Program-made: the position numbers and the translations under genes | Notes under the pieces: generated by a model | Seen by the model: the letters and a program-made list of their open reading frames with translations, nothing else | Databases searched by the model: none | Told to the model about the DNA's origin: nothing | NCBI GenBank assembly: GCA_910592345.1 | Contig: CAJVPI010000002.1 | Span: 113,422 to 133,421, forward strand | Length of the DNA stretch: 20,000 bases | Source: Paraglomus brasilianum | Lineage: Eukaryota | Reading direction: 5' to 3' | Shown: positions 9,450-20,000 of the stretch, piece by piece | How the letters are laid out: the number at the start of each line of letters is the position of its first letter | How positions within the stretch are numbered: position 1 is the stretch's first letter

Positions 9450-10842
9450 CAGGGCGTAATAAAAAAACTCGGGGTTTTTTATTTTGCTATTGCTCCTCAA
9501 TGAGTTAGCCAATTTTTATAAATAATAGCTCGTTTGAAAGATAAAAACAACTGAATTCATTTAATAATAATTAAGTTCTCCATTCTTAATAAGGTGTTTC
9601 GGTTCCCAACAATAAAGAGTTGGTGTTTATGTTTGGTTTGCGTCTCATTAATTTCACTAAATTAATTAACATGCTTTCCGGAATTCTATTCCACTCCTCC
9701 ACAATAAATCTCTCCAGTTCACCGAGACCCTTAACAATTACCCAAAGGCTTTAAATCGATAGCCAGTCCATAACCGCCGAAAATTTTTTTTAGAAGCTCC
9801 GTAGCAAGGCGACTTGTGTGTTTTGAATCGTTGTCTTGCTGGAGTCTCCACCTATCGCCAAACATTTTATTTACTTCTGGAATGTGTTTCTGGAGGATTT
9901 CCACATAAAACTTGGCATCCATTATCCTCCGAAAACAAAATAAACTTGTTTTACCGACTGCCACATGCAAAGATTTTATGCGTTTGCGTTCCTTTATTAG
10001 TAGCACCTACGATTGAACGCTAAAGGTGCTTTGTACATATAATAAATAATTAAACAAGTCTATGTATTAAACCACATATTCTATTATACAAAACTTAATT
10101 AAACTATATTACATAATTAACTAGCCGTACAGTCTAGCCGGGGAAGAAGTGGGAGGCGTGGTGTACTTGGCAGGGTCTATATGCGACAGCTGGCCTTTGT
10201 TCGGCTGTGCATTATAAGCTGCCCTCCACAGTATTTCCTGTATTTTGGGGGAGGTCACCTTGGGCATGGAACGAATTTGCCGTTTACCTTTGTACCAACG
10301 TTCGACAGTGTTCCGGTAAAGTTGAACGCGGTTTTATCGGAAAATAATGTCTTCCTCCAATTGTCATTGAGGTGTTGACGCGCCCACTCAGCACGTCTTT
10401 GCTTATGGGCTTTGGTTAACATAAGAGTTGCTTAGGTAATGCTTTCGAGTACCCATAAACGGTCAGGTGTCTCGAAATTGTCATGTGCGACACATAAACA
10501 CCCATATTCGACACTTTTCGAGCTAAAGTCCGTGTGGATATTGAATTATTTCTCCGTATTGATTGTCCAATTATGTTGGAGGTGCTTCCGGTTATTTTCC
10601 TGGGATGACCATTACTATTACTCGCGCGTAATCCACTGTTTCTTTTTTCTAAAAATTTTTATGTTATCACAAATGGTGGAAAGGGGAGATGTTTGTTCGG
10701 CGATAAATTCCTGACCATTGTGAATACCCTCGTTCTATAAATGTAATATACATTGACGTTGTGTTTTTGCTTAAAAGTGGGCATCGTGATTGTACAAATA
10801 CATATCCCAAATAGGACATAAAAAAATCCGGGTTATACCCTG
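9450..10842 (-). mobile_element. Tc1/mariner (IS630-Tc1) DNA transposon, full-length relic with TIRs and TA flanks
   Basis: Left end TA|CAGGGcgtaat..ctcggggttttttattttgctat; right end reverse complement TA|CAGGGtataacccggatttttttatgtcctat. Minus-strand transposase fragments: GHPRKIT, VSHMTISRHL, HKQRRAEWARQHLNDNWRKTLFSDKT, WRLQQDNDSKHTS, ELERFIVEEWNRIP. Confidence 0.9.
9983..10257 (-). mobile_element. 5'-truncated L1/Tx1-like LINE fragment nested in the Tc1 transposase
   Basis: Interrupts the transposase between ...RSMPK and the RIK/IFA segment. Encodes SPKIQEILWRAAYNAQPNKGQLSHID, which resembles the zf-RVT region of L1-clade ORF2 (PK...LWR..H..LPT), followed by an AT-rich UTR and a structured tail ending in AAA. 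Confidence 0.65.
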
Positions 10843-11089
10843 TATATTAATTTTTAGTGTCAAGTGAGTTGCCGACAATTAATGCATAATTCGTATTGTA
10901 TATTTACAGTATGGCTTACATTTAGAAGAGTGTCATGTAAGTAGTCTTATTCTATCTTGTAGGAAAATGATGTCTATTATGAGAAGAGATTTCTTGGTTT
11001 TTCCTAGAAAATACTGTCTATTTGATTTTTAGTTAGTTTGTCAATTTTCTAAACATTAATGTTTTGTTTCGCAACGATAAAAGCAGGAT

Positions 11090-11230
11090 TATGGTTAACC
11101 TGTTGACTGGAATAATTGAGTATTTACGTGGGGTGATTGAAAAGCACATGGATTTTTATCTTGACAAGCTGCGAGGTATTGAGGAACAAGTAAAAAAAAA
11201 GTTGGTGCGAGTTGACATGTTAGCATCCAT
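11090..11230 (+). mobile_element. Short IS630/Tc1-like transposase HTH fragment
   Basis: IEYLRGVIEKHMDFYLDKL resembles the DxYLDEL motif of fungal IS630/Tc1 transposases. The fragment is short. Confidence 0.4.
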
Positions 11231-11896
11231 TTTTTCATGGTACACTAAAAACGATTGGAAAAAAAAAGATTTAAACATAATTTTCAAAATTCATTCTATG
11301 CAATTTTTTTCTCTCTTTCATTGTCGATATACCATTGCCATAAATAAAATCACGTGACTGAGATTTTGCAATCATTTCAACTATTACTATTACTATGGCG
11401 ATTACATTCCGATTTAATACCACGAATCCATGCAGTTCCATGCAGTTGTTTGAACAGCGAAAAGGAAAAAAAAAAGATCATGCAAATTGCTTAGAAATGT
11501 ATGGAGATAGTAATTTATAAAAATTAGTTATAATGCATATGAAGTGATTTGCAGTATTCTAAAATCAAATGTCGGGTGTTTGAAACATCTGTTGCAGACA
11601 TCGGATTGCGATGAGATTTTGCAAGTTATGAGGGTTTGTTATATGGCGTGTTCAGAGAAATTATCAATGTCGTTCCTAAATTCTAGAAATTTCCATTACA
11701 ATTACCAGGTCAATTCATGCCAACTTATTTTTCAGCTGTCCATTGGAACTCAGGCTTGCAACTATAGTCTTTGTTTTTAAATACGTGGTATATTGGGCAG
11801 TTGTTGAGATAAATGTTCACAATACGATCAGAACTTTTCAATCACCCCACGTATCCGCCGCTTTTACCGTGATCTGCATAACCTTGAATAATCCGG

Positions 11897-12085
11897 CTGT
11901 AATATGATATAACGACACTGCTATATAACGACATCTTGTTATAACGACAGAAATCTTAGAACAAAAATTTTATATTGCTTGGTTGTCGTATGTAAGTTAA
12001 TTCTCGATATAAGGACATTCTCGATATAGTGACCATTTTGATTGGAACCGAGCGTGTCGTTATTAGTTATATCGAGACCCACTTG
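11897..12085. mobile_element. pogo/Tigger-type MITE relic
   Basis: Repeated tataacgaca and ctcgatata motifs on the left, with the inverted gtcgtta...ttatatcgagacccacttg|TA on the right. Confidence 0.65.
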
Positions 12086-12324
12086 TAGTACAGCAGTACC
12101 GTTCGGATTTGCTTAAGAGAAACACACGTTTATTATTGGTCACAAATCAAAATTATCGTACTTACCTAAAAATTAACCTGAATAACCGGTGCAGGTGACG
12201 GAATAGCGCAGTGAAGCGGCGGATAAATACTCGGGAATCTTGTTGTTACACTGCAGTATTGGAATACATTTTCCACTTGTATTGTTACGATACACATGGG
12301 CTTTAGCAATGATGTTATCATGCA

Positions 12325-12378
12325 TCATATGTCGTCATATGTCGTCGTATGCCATCGTATGTTGTCATAAGTCGTCAA
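12325..12378. repeat. Degenerate 10-bp tandem repeat (tcatatgtcg), about 5 copies
   Basis: tcatatgtcg tcatatgtcg tcgtatgcca tcgtatgttg tcataagtcg. Confidence 0.8.
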
Positions 12379-13502
12379 ATAACAAATAGTCATGAAAAAT
12401 AATATCCTATAACAGATGTTATCGATTCTGATACTCTAGCAACGTAAGAAGAAATAATAAGTACGCAACAATATCCCTTTTGCATGCAAATGTTGAATAA
12501 TTATCTATATCCTAATTTGGTCAAACATCTGTAGATGTGTTCTAGAATAATCTGCAATCGTACTCAAAGTCTGATTGGTGTTCGATAATCTCGACTTAGA
12601 GAATTTGATGACGCCCAATCTAATACTGCAAATAAACGAGTATGTAGCTTGAGAATCGTGAGGATCCCCGAGACCTTACCAAGCGATTCTCTCTTAAATT
12701 GAGTTTAAACTTATGCTTCCTTTTACTAGGAGCTGGAAACTAATCTATTCGATTCTCTTGCCAATAAAGTCTACGAGCAAGAAAATAGAGAAATTGACTT
12801 TGCTTTTGCAAAAAGACGCTGGTTATTAAGAACAACCGGAAAGAGGACTGAACCCTGCCAATATACCAAAGAGGATTAAACGTAGAAACTAGTACAGCAT
12901 TGGAAAAAAGGCCAAGTATTTTCTGAACTATCTGTATTACTTGACTCTAAAGAAGTACTTTTATATGAAAGTAGATCACTGTTAAAAGTCTTTCATAAGA
13001 AAGATTTGAACCCTCTAATGACAGTAACGAGTTGCTAGCTAGCTCATAATTCATTTGAAAAGGTTTCCGATTATGGAATCGGATAACCTTTTTAGGATGC
13101 AGCACATAAAGTGCTTTTTTGAAAAGGAATAATGAGTTAGAAAACCTTTAATCAGCAATCGTTGTCTGAAAAATGAAACAAGATCTTATTGAAAATTGCT
13201 AAAGTGATGAAGTTATTTAATTAAAAACGATGAGCAATTTTGTTTAGATAGTTTAAAGTACCATTCAAATAGCTGAGCGAATCCAGTCTTTGTGAAGTCC
13301 CAAATATCAAACATAAAAAAAGTGCCTGACGACATTTTTGAGAGATATTCGTAAAAAGAAATGATCTGCATTGACAAAACGGGGAATTTCCCTGTCGAGT
13401 TAACCTGACGATCACTCAACTTTGAGTGCGCTAAATATTTATGCATAATTTTGTTGACGCATAATTCCATGTTCCCGGCTCCGCTAGTGCCAGTATTAAT
13501 TA

Positions 13503-13830
13503 CAGTCATACCTCGTTTATATCCCCACTTTGGAAACCGAGATTTTTGGGGATATATCTGAGGTTGGGATATAACTGAGGTATAGCATTTTAATAAATAA
13601 TATCGTGCAATTTTATTGGTTAATAAATTCCATTAGTGACGTCTGGCGTTTTGACATTTCTACTGCTTCATCTAAGCGCTTAATTATATTGCAGATATAT
13701 CTTATATCACTTTCTGTCGTAAATTCGCTTTGTTCTAAAAACTTCCTGGCTGTCACAAGTGCTTCCCTTCCCACCTTTACAGAATACTTGCTTCTTCTTC
13801 CTCACTTGAATTTTCCATATCTATTGGTGT
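13503..13830 (-). mobile_element. pogo/Tigger transposon 3' end: transposase C-terminus plus terminal repeat
   Basis: The minus strand reads DMENSSEEEE...GREALVTARKFLEQSEF...SKRQTSLMEFINQ* (stop 13613-13615), which is typical of Tigger C-termini. The end is TA|CAGTCATACCTCG at 13501, with internal inverted copies (gggatataactgaggtat). Confidence 0.75.
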
Positions 13831-14074
13831 CGATGCAATTAATATGCGTGTGTGGATACTTTACGGTTTAAAATCGACATTCGTTAAAACCAGTTTCAAA
13901 GAAAAATAGTACTACAACTCTGTATATTATGCATCAATTATTTTAGAACCCATCGAAATGTTTTATTAGTTTGACGTTCGTATTTAGTTGGAAGGAGCAT
14001 ATTAATATTTTGAGCCACTAATAAAAAAAAAAGTTAAATTATAACTTGACTTCAATTTTATCAACGTGTACCCA

Positions 14075-14520
14075 ATAACTGATTCTCCAGTAGGTAAGAG
14101 CTTACTGAAACATTTATTCTCCTTTCAAGACGTGATAAAGGTCTTGCATTATTGTGATAATGGCATGCCACATGCTGTCGTCAGAATTGCCCTCGTCAAT
14201 ATATATTCTTTTGGTATCATCGCGATTGTCTTGGCAGTTCGACAGAGATTTAGTATGCGATATTATGGGCGGACTACGACCACTGACGCCCGATTCAGCA
14301 CCAGAAAGATACAAGAAACAAGCGTCCAGATGTAGAAAGACTTGGGTCGCGACCTATGCCTGATTTCTTCGTAAATTTGCAAATATGGAAGACTTCCGGT
14401 GCAACAAAGGGTAAACGCTTCGAATGGTTGGATTTGACTCGCGTAAAATCGCTGATCGAGACAGAATATGAATGATTCAATGCACTAATCCCACGCGATG
14501 GATAGTATCCGAATACCACA
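14075..14520 (-). pseudogene. Tyrosine-kinase-like protein kinase pseudogene, C-lobe, with an internal inversion
   Basis: Minus strand: IHR..., SISDF, LPFVAPEVF, KFTKKS. Plus strand 14199-14359: IYSFGII...DIMGGLRP..PDSAPERYKK.ASRC. Minus strand resumes with DEGNSDDSMWHAI. Confidence 0.85.
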
Positions 14521-15891
14521 AACACACTAATTTCATCAACTTGTTTGTGTACCGGCCAGTTGACCGTAGGAAGTGGGCTTATTGTTACTATTCGGATGAC
14601 CTATTTAATTAATAGCGAAGACATTATTAGAGTGCATCCAGACTTGAGTTGGGGCAAGAATGTTCTTTTTGTATAACAACAGCCGTAGCATTATTCCACA
14701 ATAATAAGTGATCGTCGTCGAGAAATGAAACTTTCTTTATCAAGGTGCCATTTCCTTGCTCCGTTACAATAAGTATTAGTTTGCCACTCTTAAACTTAAT
14801 TTCAATGTGCTTACCAGACCATAACTATCTGAATTCTTGCCGATACAAACTTATATCCGGGAATCGAGCCTTCTAATTATTTACGAATTTTAGTCGGGAT
14901 AAAAGGAAGGATCACTGTTAATATGATAACTGGATACGCGTCTTATCAACGGGATGAGGACATACATGATCAACTGTTCGCTTCTCTCATTATATCAGAC
15001 GACGAGCAACCATTAGCAACTACATCAGTTTCCAATACGCGGGCGCTTATCGATGACATGCTACCAATAGCACAGATCGGATGGATTTACACAGCACGGA
15101 CCGTTTGGATCTTGGCACTATGGACCGTTTGGATATTTACAGCACAGGGTAGTGGATAATCGAAAGAATAAAGGGCTAGGAGACGCTTGGCCGATCTAGT
15201 TATGAATGGATGAACGAATAAGTACGTTGATTATCACTCGGATGGTTGCCATTATCCGGACAGACTTTCGGATATGCATTCAAAAGTAATCCATACCCTG
15301 TTTGCCTACTTTATCGTTATGCCTATTCTAATATACCCATTCATTTGGCCTGGTAATATGGGTCAGCAAAATGCTCTATTCAATTTCTACGGTATTACAT
15401 CCAGACAGACACATACTTGTCTCTCCTCGACTTTCAAGCCCCCCCCTGTTATTCACATCCAACGGCTAAACTCTGTCTGCAACTATCGACGATATGGCCC
15501 CTCAGGGGTGCAAAAGGTAGATAGGTCAAGCCTAAACCGATAAATCAAACGTTGCTGTTCGTGTATCTCTTTGTTGTGTATGCAAAGCGTTTGGTTTCTG
15601 GTGATAGTCTCTTCCCGCGGTCTGTGTATGACGGATGTAAAGATACAAGTTAGTCAAGTGCACGTTATAATTAGAGGGGAGGTATCGTCTATTCGTCTCA
15701 TTACCACATCTTGTTTCATTTATTCCTATTACGCAAACCCAGTGATACTTACGCGAAGAATGTGATCTGACGGAAGAGAAGTCACATACGCTGTCTCGTA
15801 ATTATCATGCCAATCTATGTATATGAGTGTCCTGGGATGAAAAATTGAGATCCACTGCATGCAGAAAGAAATGTCAATTCAGATGGTATAC

Positions 15892-16068
15892 TTGATCTTT
15901 AGACGACATTAGAACCCCCTCCAACGCTTAAATAAACTCTGTCAAGGATCGCGATATGTAACACACCATACTGCTCCAACAATCGGCTTGATCTTAGACA
16001 CTATAACCCCTCCAACGCTTAATAGTTCTGCGATATGTAGCACACCACACTGCTCCAACAATCGGGAC
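15892..16068. repeat. Imperfect tandem duplication, 2 copies of about 80-95 bp
   Basis: ttgatct..agac..aacccc(c)tccaacgctta and gcgatatgta.cacacca.actgctccaacaatcgg each occur twice. Confidence 0.85.
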
Positions 16069-17419
16069 TGCGTTATCGTCATGAAATCGAATCGAAACGA
16101 AACGGCGACTGATGCATAGACTTTCATTCCATGCCCGTGGATTGACCGCCTAAGATTCATCTCCTTCAACATCGTATGTGAATCTGACGGAAGAATGGTC
16201 ATTCGACCAATATATCCTGCTTAGCAGAGCAAAAATCATGAGCGAACATTATCGTAGTCATCTATGTAGATTTGGTTTGCGTTCATGAGACTATAATCAC
16301 AAATCAGAAACATCTCTACCGTAGTCAACCGAAAAGACCAATTAATAATAATAAAGCTAAACCGCACCTCTACATCAGAATATAGAAGCCCATATGAAAT
16401 TATGCGAAGGCTTTAATTTATCGTCACTATCGTCGGCAGCACCACAACGAAACGCAAATCACTCCATACCGGCGGGGGTACCAATACCAAATACTCGCTC
16501 ATTTTAAACAGGATTGTACAATCCCAAAATGTGAAAAGTTGGCGGGATGAATATTTGAAGTCTTGGATAGGGTAAGCGCGGTTGGGCGTGCATTCGTGGT
16601 GGATACTCAGTCAAGTTGGGCGAAGGCGGTGATTGACGTGGTTGAAGGAGGGGAGTTTATTGCCTAGGCGCGCGCAAACCTTGGATAATTAAGTTCCGTG
16701 GGGCGTTTCGTAACAATGACGGAATGGATTGATTGAATAACAATACGAATAATACATACTTTGAATATGGGGATTTCTTTTTTTCTCTGAGGAAATGCCA
16801 TGCTTCTGTCGTGAGAGAACATCTGATAGAACTTGTGGCGAATCACTACAATAATGATTGACAATTTGTTAATGACAAGACGGTACTCTCAAGCATCATA
16901 CCACCAATTCGAATACTATGTGGCAGCTATTACTGTTGTCTTCCATAACCTCACTATCATTATCTTCCATCACGTCCCCCTTTTTTTAACTCTTCCTCTT
17001 TCTCTACCTGTATCCGAATTCGACATTTTCTTCTGTTAAATCAACATGACCCAAATTAAAGATCCGTCTTCGATGATCCACTGTGAGAATCACGTTTTTT
17101 GGTCACATAGTAGATCAAATACTGTTCTGGGAATATTGTCGAGCCCAAGTAATGCTTGATAGCAAGAAAATTACCTATATGTAGCTGCGACGCAAGCTGT
17201 GACAAATATTCATTGAAAATTGCTTTATTTAGGCGCATGGTTGTCGTATAATTCATATTGATATATTTTATTTATTTATTATACATTTACAATAATAATT
17301 ATCGCTTAGTAGGTTACGATTTAACAAACATATTCAAATAAAAATAATGTGCTTTCTGAATCTAGCAAACGTCACTTCCTAATGTAGTGAGCGAAAGTGG
17401 AGTATAGTAACTTTCGTTT

Positions 17420-18055
17420 TGTTGTGATGTTAATGCCCATCTTCCGTATTAATCCTTGAGATTTCAGAGCCGTTTAGAACGTTTTTGTTATTATACGTTT
17501 CGTCCGTATAGCGGTAGGAGTTGTTTCCATGGCGGTAATCACTTCAAAGCTTTGAGGAATTCCACTCCAAGAAAAATGCGTATAAAAGTTCTGTGCTTGG
17601 TTGGACGTTCGCGTCTCGAACCAAATTCGCTTTGCCATAATTGCTAGTAGGTAGACCATAAGTATACGCCATATCCATACTTTCTGTACTGTGGCATGAC
17701 TGAACTCTGCATTTGTTGCTACAAAATGGAGGGAGGGACTTGTAGTTGTTCAAGTCATAGTTCATCGGAAGAGTTGAATTGGTCTCAAAGAATTCTTTAT
17801 GTCCACAAATACACCATGCAGGAATACATCTGAGTATTCCACATGCAGAGCAGAATCTGTATGGAAAAGAACCAGTGAAGTCTTCACGAGCACCTGGGCA
17901 ACCGTGCCGTCTACGGAATACAATTCCCTATGCTGGAGGTCGTCGTCTTTACCAGCCAGCGCGTTCGTTGTTGGTTCTGACCAATAGGCTATTATTTTCT
18001 CGAATATCCCTTTATCGTTGAAACCTCTTGTAAACGTCCGAGGATGAAAGAGCAA
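17420..18055 (-). pseudogene. Frameshifted gene relic with a Cys-rich motif, possibly the N-terminal region of a kinase-family gene
   Basis: Overlapping frames join as IFEKIIAYWSEPTTNALAGKDDDLQHRELYS / FPYRFCSACGILRCIPAWCICGHKEF / ... The Cys cluster resembles, from recall, motifs upstream of fungal TKL kinase domains. No kinase domain is seen here. Confidence 0.45.
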
Positions 18056-18215
18056 AGGGAGTAGTAGGTCCCTCGCGATAGTAGTAGGCCAAGTTAAGTC
18101 CCTCGCAATAGTAGTAGGTAGGGCAAGTTAAGTCCCTCGCGATCGTAGTGGCTGTCGGAGCACTTTTAGCGTTCAATCGTAGGTGCAACTAAATAATGGA
18201 ACGCAAAAACAAAAA
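18056..18215 (+). mobile_element. Short retroposon-like insertion: three tandem gtccctcgc(g/a)at units plus the same structured A-tailed 3' end as the LINE at 9983
   Basis: 18159-18215 agcacttttagcgttcaatcgtaggtgcaactaaataatggaacgcaaaaacaaaaa matches the reverse complement of 9983-10030. Confidence 0.6.
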
Positions 18216-18321
18216 TTTTCGGTCTAAGGTGTGACTATAAAGAGGGTTGATGCGTCATTTGTGTTACATCGTATGGTGGGGGACACAATCAAACAAAAAT
18301 CGACCTCTGAAATTGCCAGTA

Positions 18322-18428
18322 CAGTGAGCTCTCCCCTAAATGCACTCTCCCTAAATGCACAGTCTCCCTCAATGCACGCTGTTTGATGGTCCCAACCTCG
18401 GGACTTAATACTAAATGCACACTCTCTA
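18322..18428 (+). mobile_element. pogo-like element end with subterminal repeats
   Basis: TA|CAGTGAGCTCTCCC followed by four aatgcac-containing units (ctaaatgcac.ctc). Confidence 0.5.
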
Positions 18429-18659
18429 TATTCTGCACGTGCTCAATATAACATGCCATTGGCTACGGGTGGTAACTTACATATAATAATAATAACGCAA
18501 ATTAAGAATATTAATATATCTTTAAACATATCTTATCATCCGCCAGATAGTACGTGTCGAAATGTTAAAAATTGAACTGTAAAGTATAACATATACTGAC
18601 ATCATTGATCAGCGAGTAGACACGATATTAACATGATCTTCGTCTTCAACGCGCAACTA

Positions 18660-19144
18660 CAAAAATAATGGCGGCCAGTATTATTTTAATATATCAATTT
18701 TGTTCTTATTATTTTTAAAAAAATTTTTTTATTTAACAGAAGTTCAAGACTAACATTATAACTTGCGAAAAAACCAAGATGAAAAGTGGCTTCCTTTTAG
18801 ATCTATATTAATTTAAACCTTATGAATAAAATTTTGAGTAAGTTGACAAAAAGTAAATGTAAAAGCTTTTTTGCAACTCTTCTAAATTTTAATTAACAAG
18901 TCTAAAAACACGAACATCTTATAGTAAATTTGAGACTGTTATTATAAGTTTATAGTCAATCCAAATCGCACCGAGATTATTAAAATGCAAATATAAAGAC
19001 AAGGGTATTTTTAATCATGCCTGACATATTAAGTAAATAGGAAAAGTAAGAATATATTTACATATTACTATAATAGCAGATAACCGATTTTTGTTATAAA
19101 ACTTTAAAAACGATTGTCACCGCCATTATTTTCGCCGGGGACTG
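18660..19144. mobile_element. Tc1/mariner-type MITE with an AT-rich interior
   Basis: The right end reverse complement is TA|CAGTCCCCGGCGAAAATAATGGCGG. The left end is TA|CA-(deletion)-AAAATAATGGCGG at 18658-18674. Confidence 0.65.
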
Positions 19145-19284
19145 TACTATTTAATTAAGCATAGCTACAAGACCGTTTGTCTTAACATGATACCATTATT
19201 AGTATTCATTTCCAGCATTTCCAGCATTACCTAGTACCCCCAACACGCCCTTTAGCTGTTATTCGCTTAGTCCTCCTTCATATA

Positions 19285-19400
19285 CAGTGTGTTACAAAAG
19301 TCTCTGGACATCTATTTTTAGCTATAGCATCCGAATGCCCGCATTAAATCACAAGATTAAACATTCATTTGAAAGGTAAAAATCAGAAGATTTTATTTAA
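19285..19400 (+). mobile_element. Tc1/mariner-like left end; partner not found
   Basis: TA|CAGTGTGTTACAAAAGTCTCTGGACA resembles Tc1-type TIRs. Confidence 0.4.
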
Positions 19401-20000
19401 AAAAAATTAATAAGGAATGCGCTCCCCATTATTATCAATAATAGGCTGACAACATTCCTTTATTGACCTAATTAAATTAATTATAAACCTTGTTCGTCTA
19501 ATCGTTCAATAGAACAGCATATCCGAAGGAGTAGACATAGAAATCTAATAGTTATTGAAATAATATATGCCGAGATTTATATCACGTGTTTATACACTTG
19601 GGTATATAATCCCTACAATTTTTTTTTGCTTTTTCACAAGTAGCAAATGCAAGGTATGCATAGACATGTTCATGTACGCTTAATTTCTGTGTCTTTGGAA
19701 GAACAAAAATATCAGGGAGACATTTCCGATATAAACGACTCAAAATGAATATACTGATACGTTCTTATTACCAATCGTACTGACAATACTCTTCCTTCGT
19801 TTCGGTAATGCCGAGTTCTATATTACTATTACTATTGTAATTGATAACCCTGAAATAATACAGTAACGTGCAAAAGTATCCTACCGGTTGTATCATCTAA
19901 ACGTACATAATAATAACTCCTTAAATTTTCCAGGCAAAAGATTTATGACAATGCCTGATCACACGTAAAATTTCAGCTCGAGCGGACGTCTCCAGCAAAT

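Noticed and set aside
9983..10257. Fanzor/TnpB with omegaRNA inside the Tc1 element
   Set aside because: No RuvC or zinc-ribbon motifs are present. The peptide resembles LINE zf-RVT and the insert disrupts the transposase.
12500..13509. Coding-like stretches including ORF 13213..13509
   Set aside because: Probably decayed gene or transposon fragments, but I cannot support any family assignment.
15274..17256. Several 64-89 aa ORFs
   Set aside because: No coherent gene structure or domain, and such lengths are expected by chance.
18159..18215. Self-cleaving ribozyme (hammerhead or HDV-like)
   Set aside because: There is no CUGANGA/GAAA core and only two stems, too few for the HDV nested double pseudoknot.
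4659..18250. One 13.6-kb element bounded by the inverted GTGTGACTATAAAG copies
   Set aside because: The weak further similarity lies left of 4659 and right of 18250, so the ends appear to face outward. No TSD is seen and the interior is heterogeneous.

Overview
AT-rich eukaryotic DNA with GT-AG introns, dominated by transposon relics. The gene families present (TKL-type kinase relics, fungal MULE and Tc1 types) suggest an early-diverging fungus such as a Glomeromycota species; this is inference. The left 4.7 kb looks like one large Mutator-like (MULE) element. It holds a minus-strand DDE/SWIM transposase broken by two in-frame stops and 5' frameshifts, a repeat-rich spacer, and a divergent pair of small orphan ORFs (an intact 126 aa ORF and a 122-codon ORF hidden by one stop). 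A putative terminus at ~4679 recurs in inverted orientation at 18229. The rest contains a complete but decayed Tc1/mariner element with TIRs and TA flanks, into which a truncated L1-like LINE has inserted. That LINE ends in a predicted H-type pseudoknot tail that recurs at 18159 behind unrelated sequence. There are also pogo/Tigger and Tc1-type MITE ends, a 50-nt hairpin, a kinase pseudogene with a clean 161-bp internal inversion, and several decayed genes. I found no rRNA, tRNA or CRISPR features.
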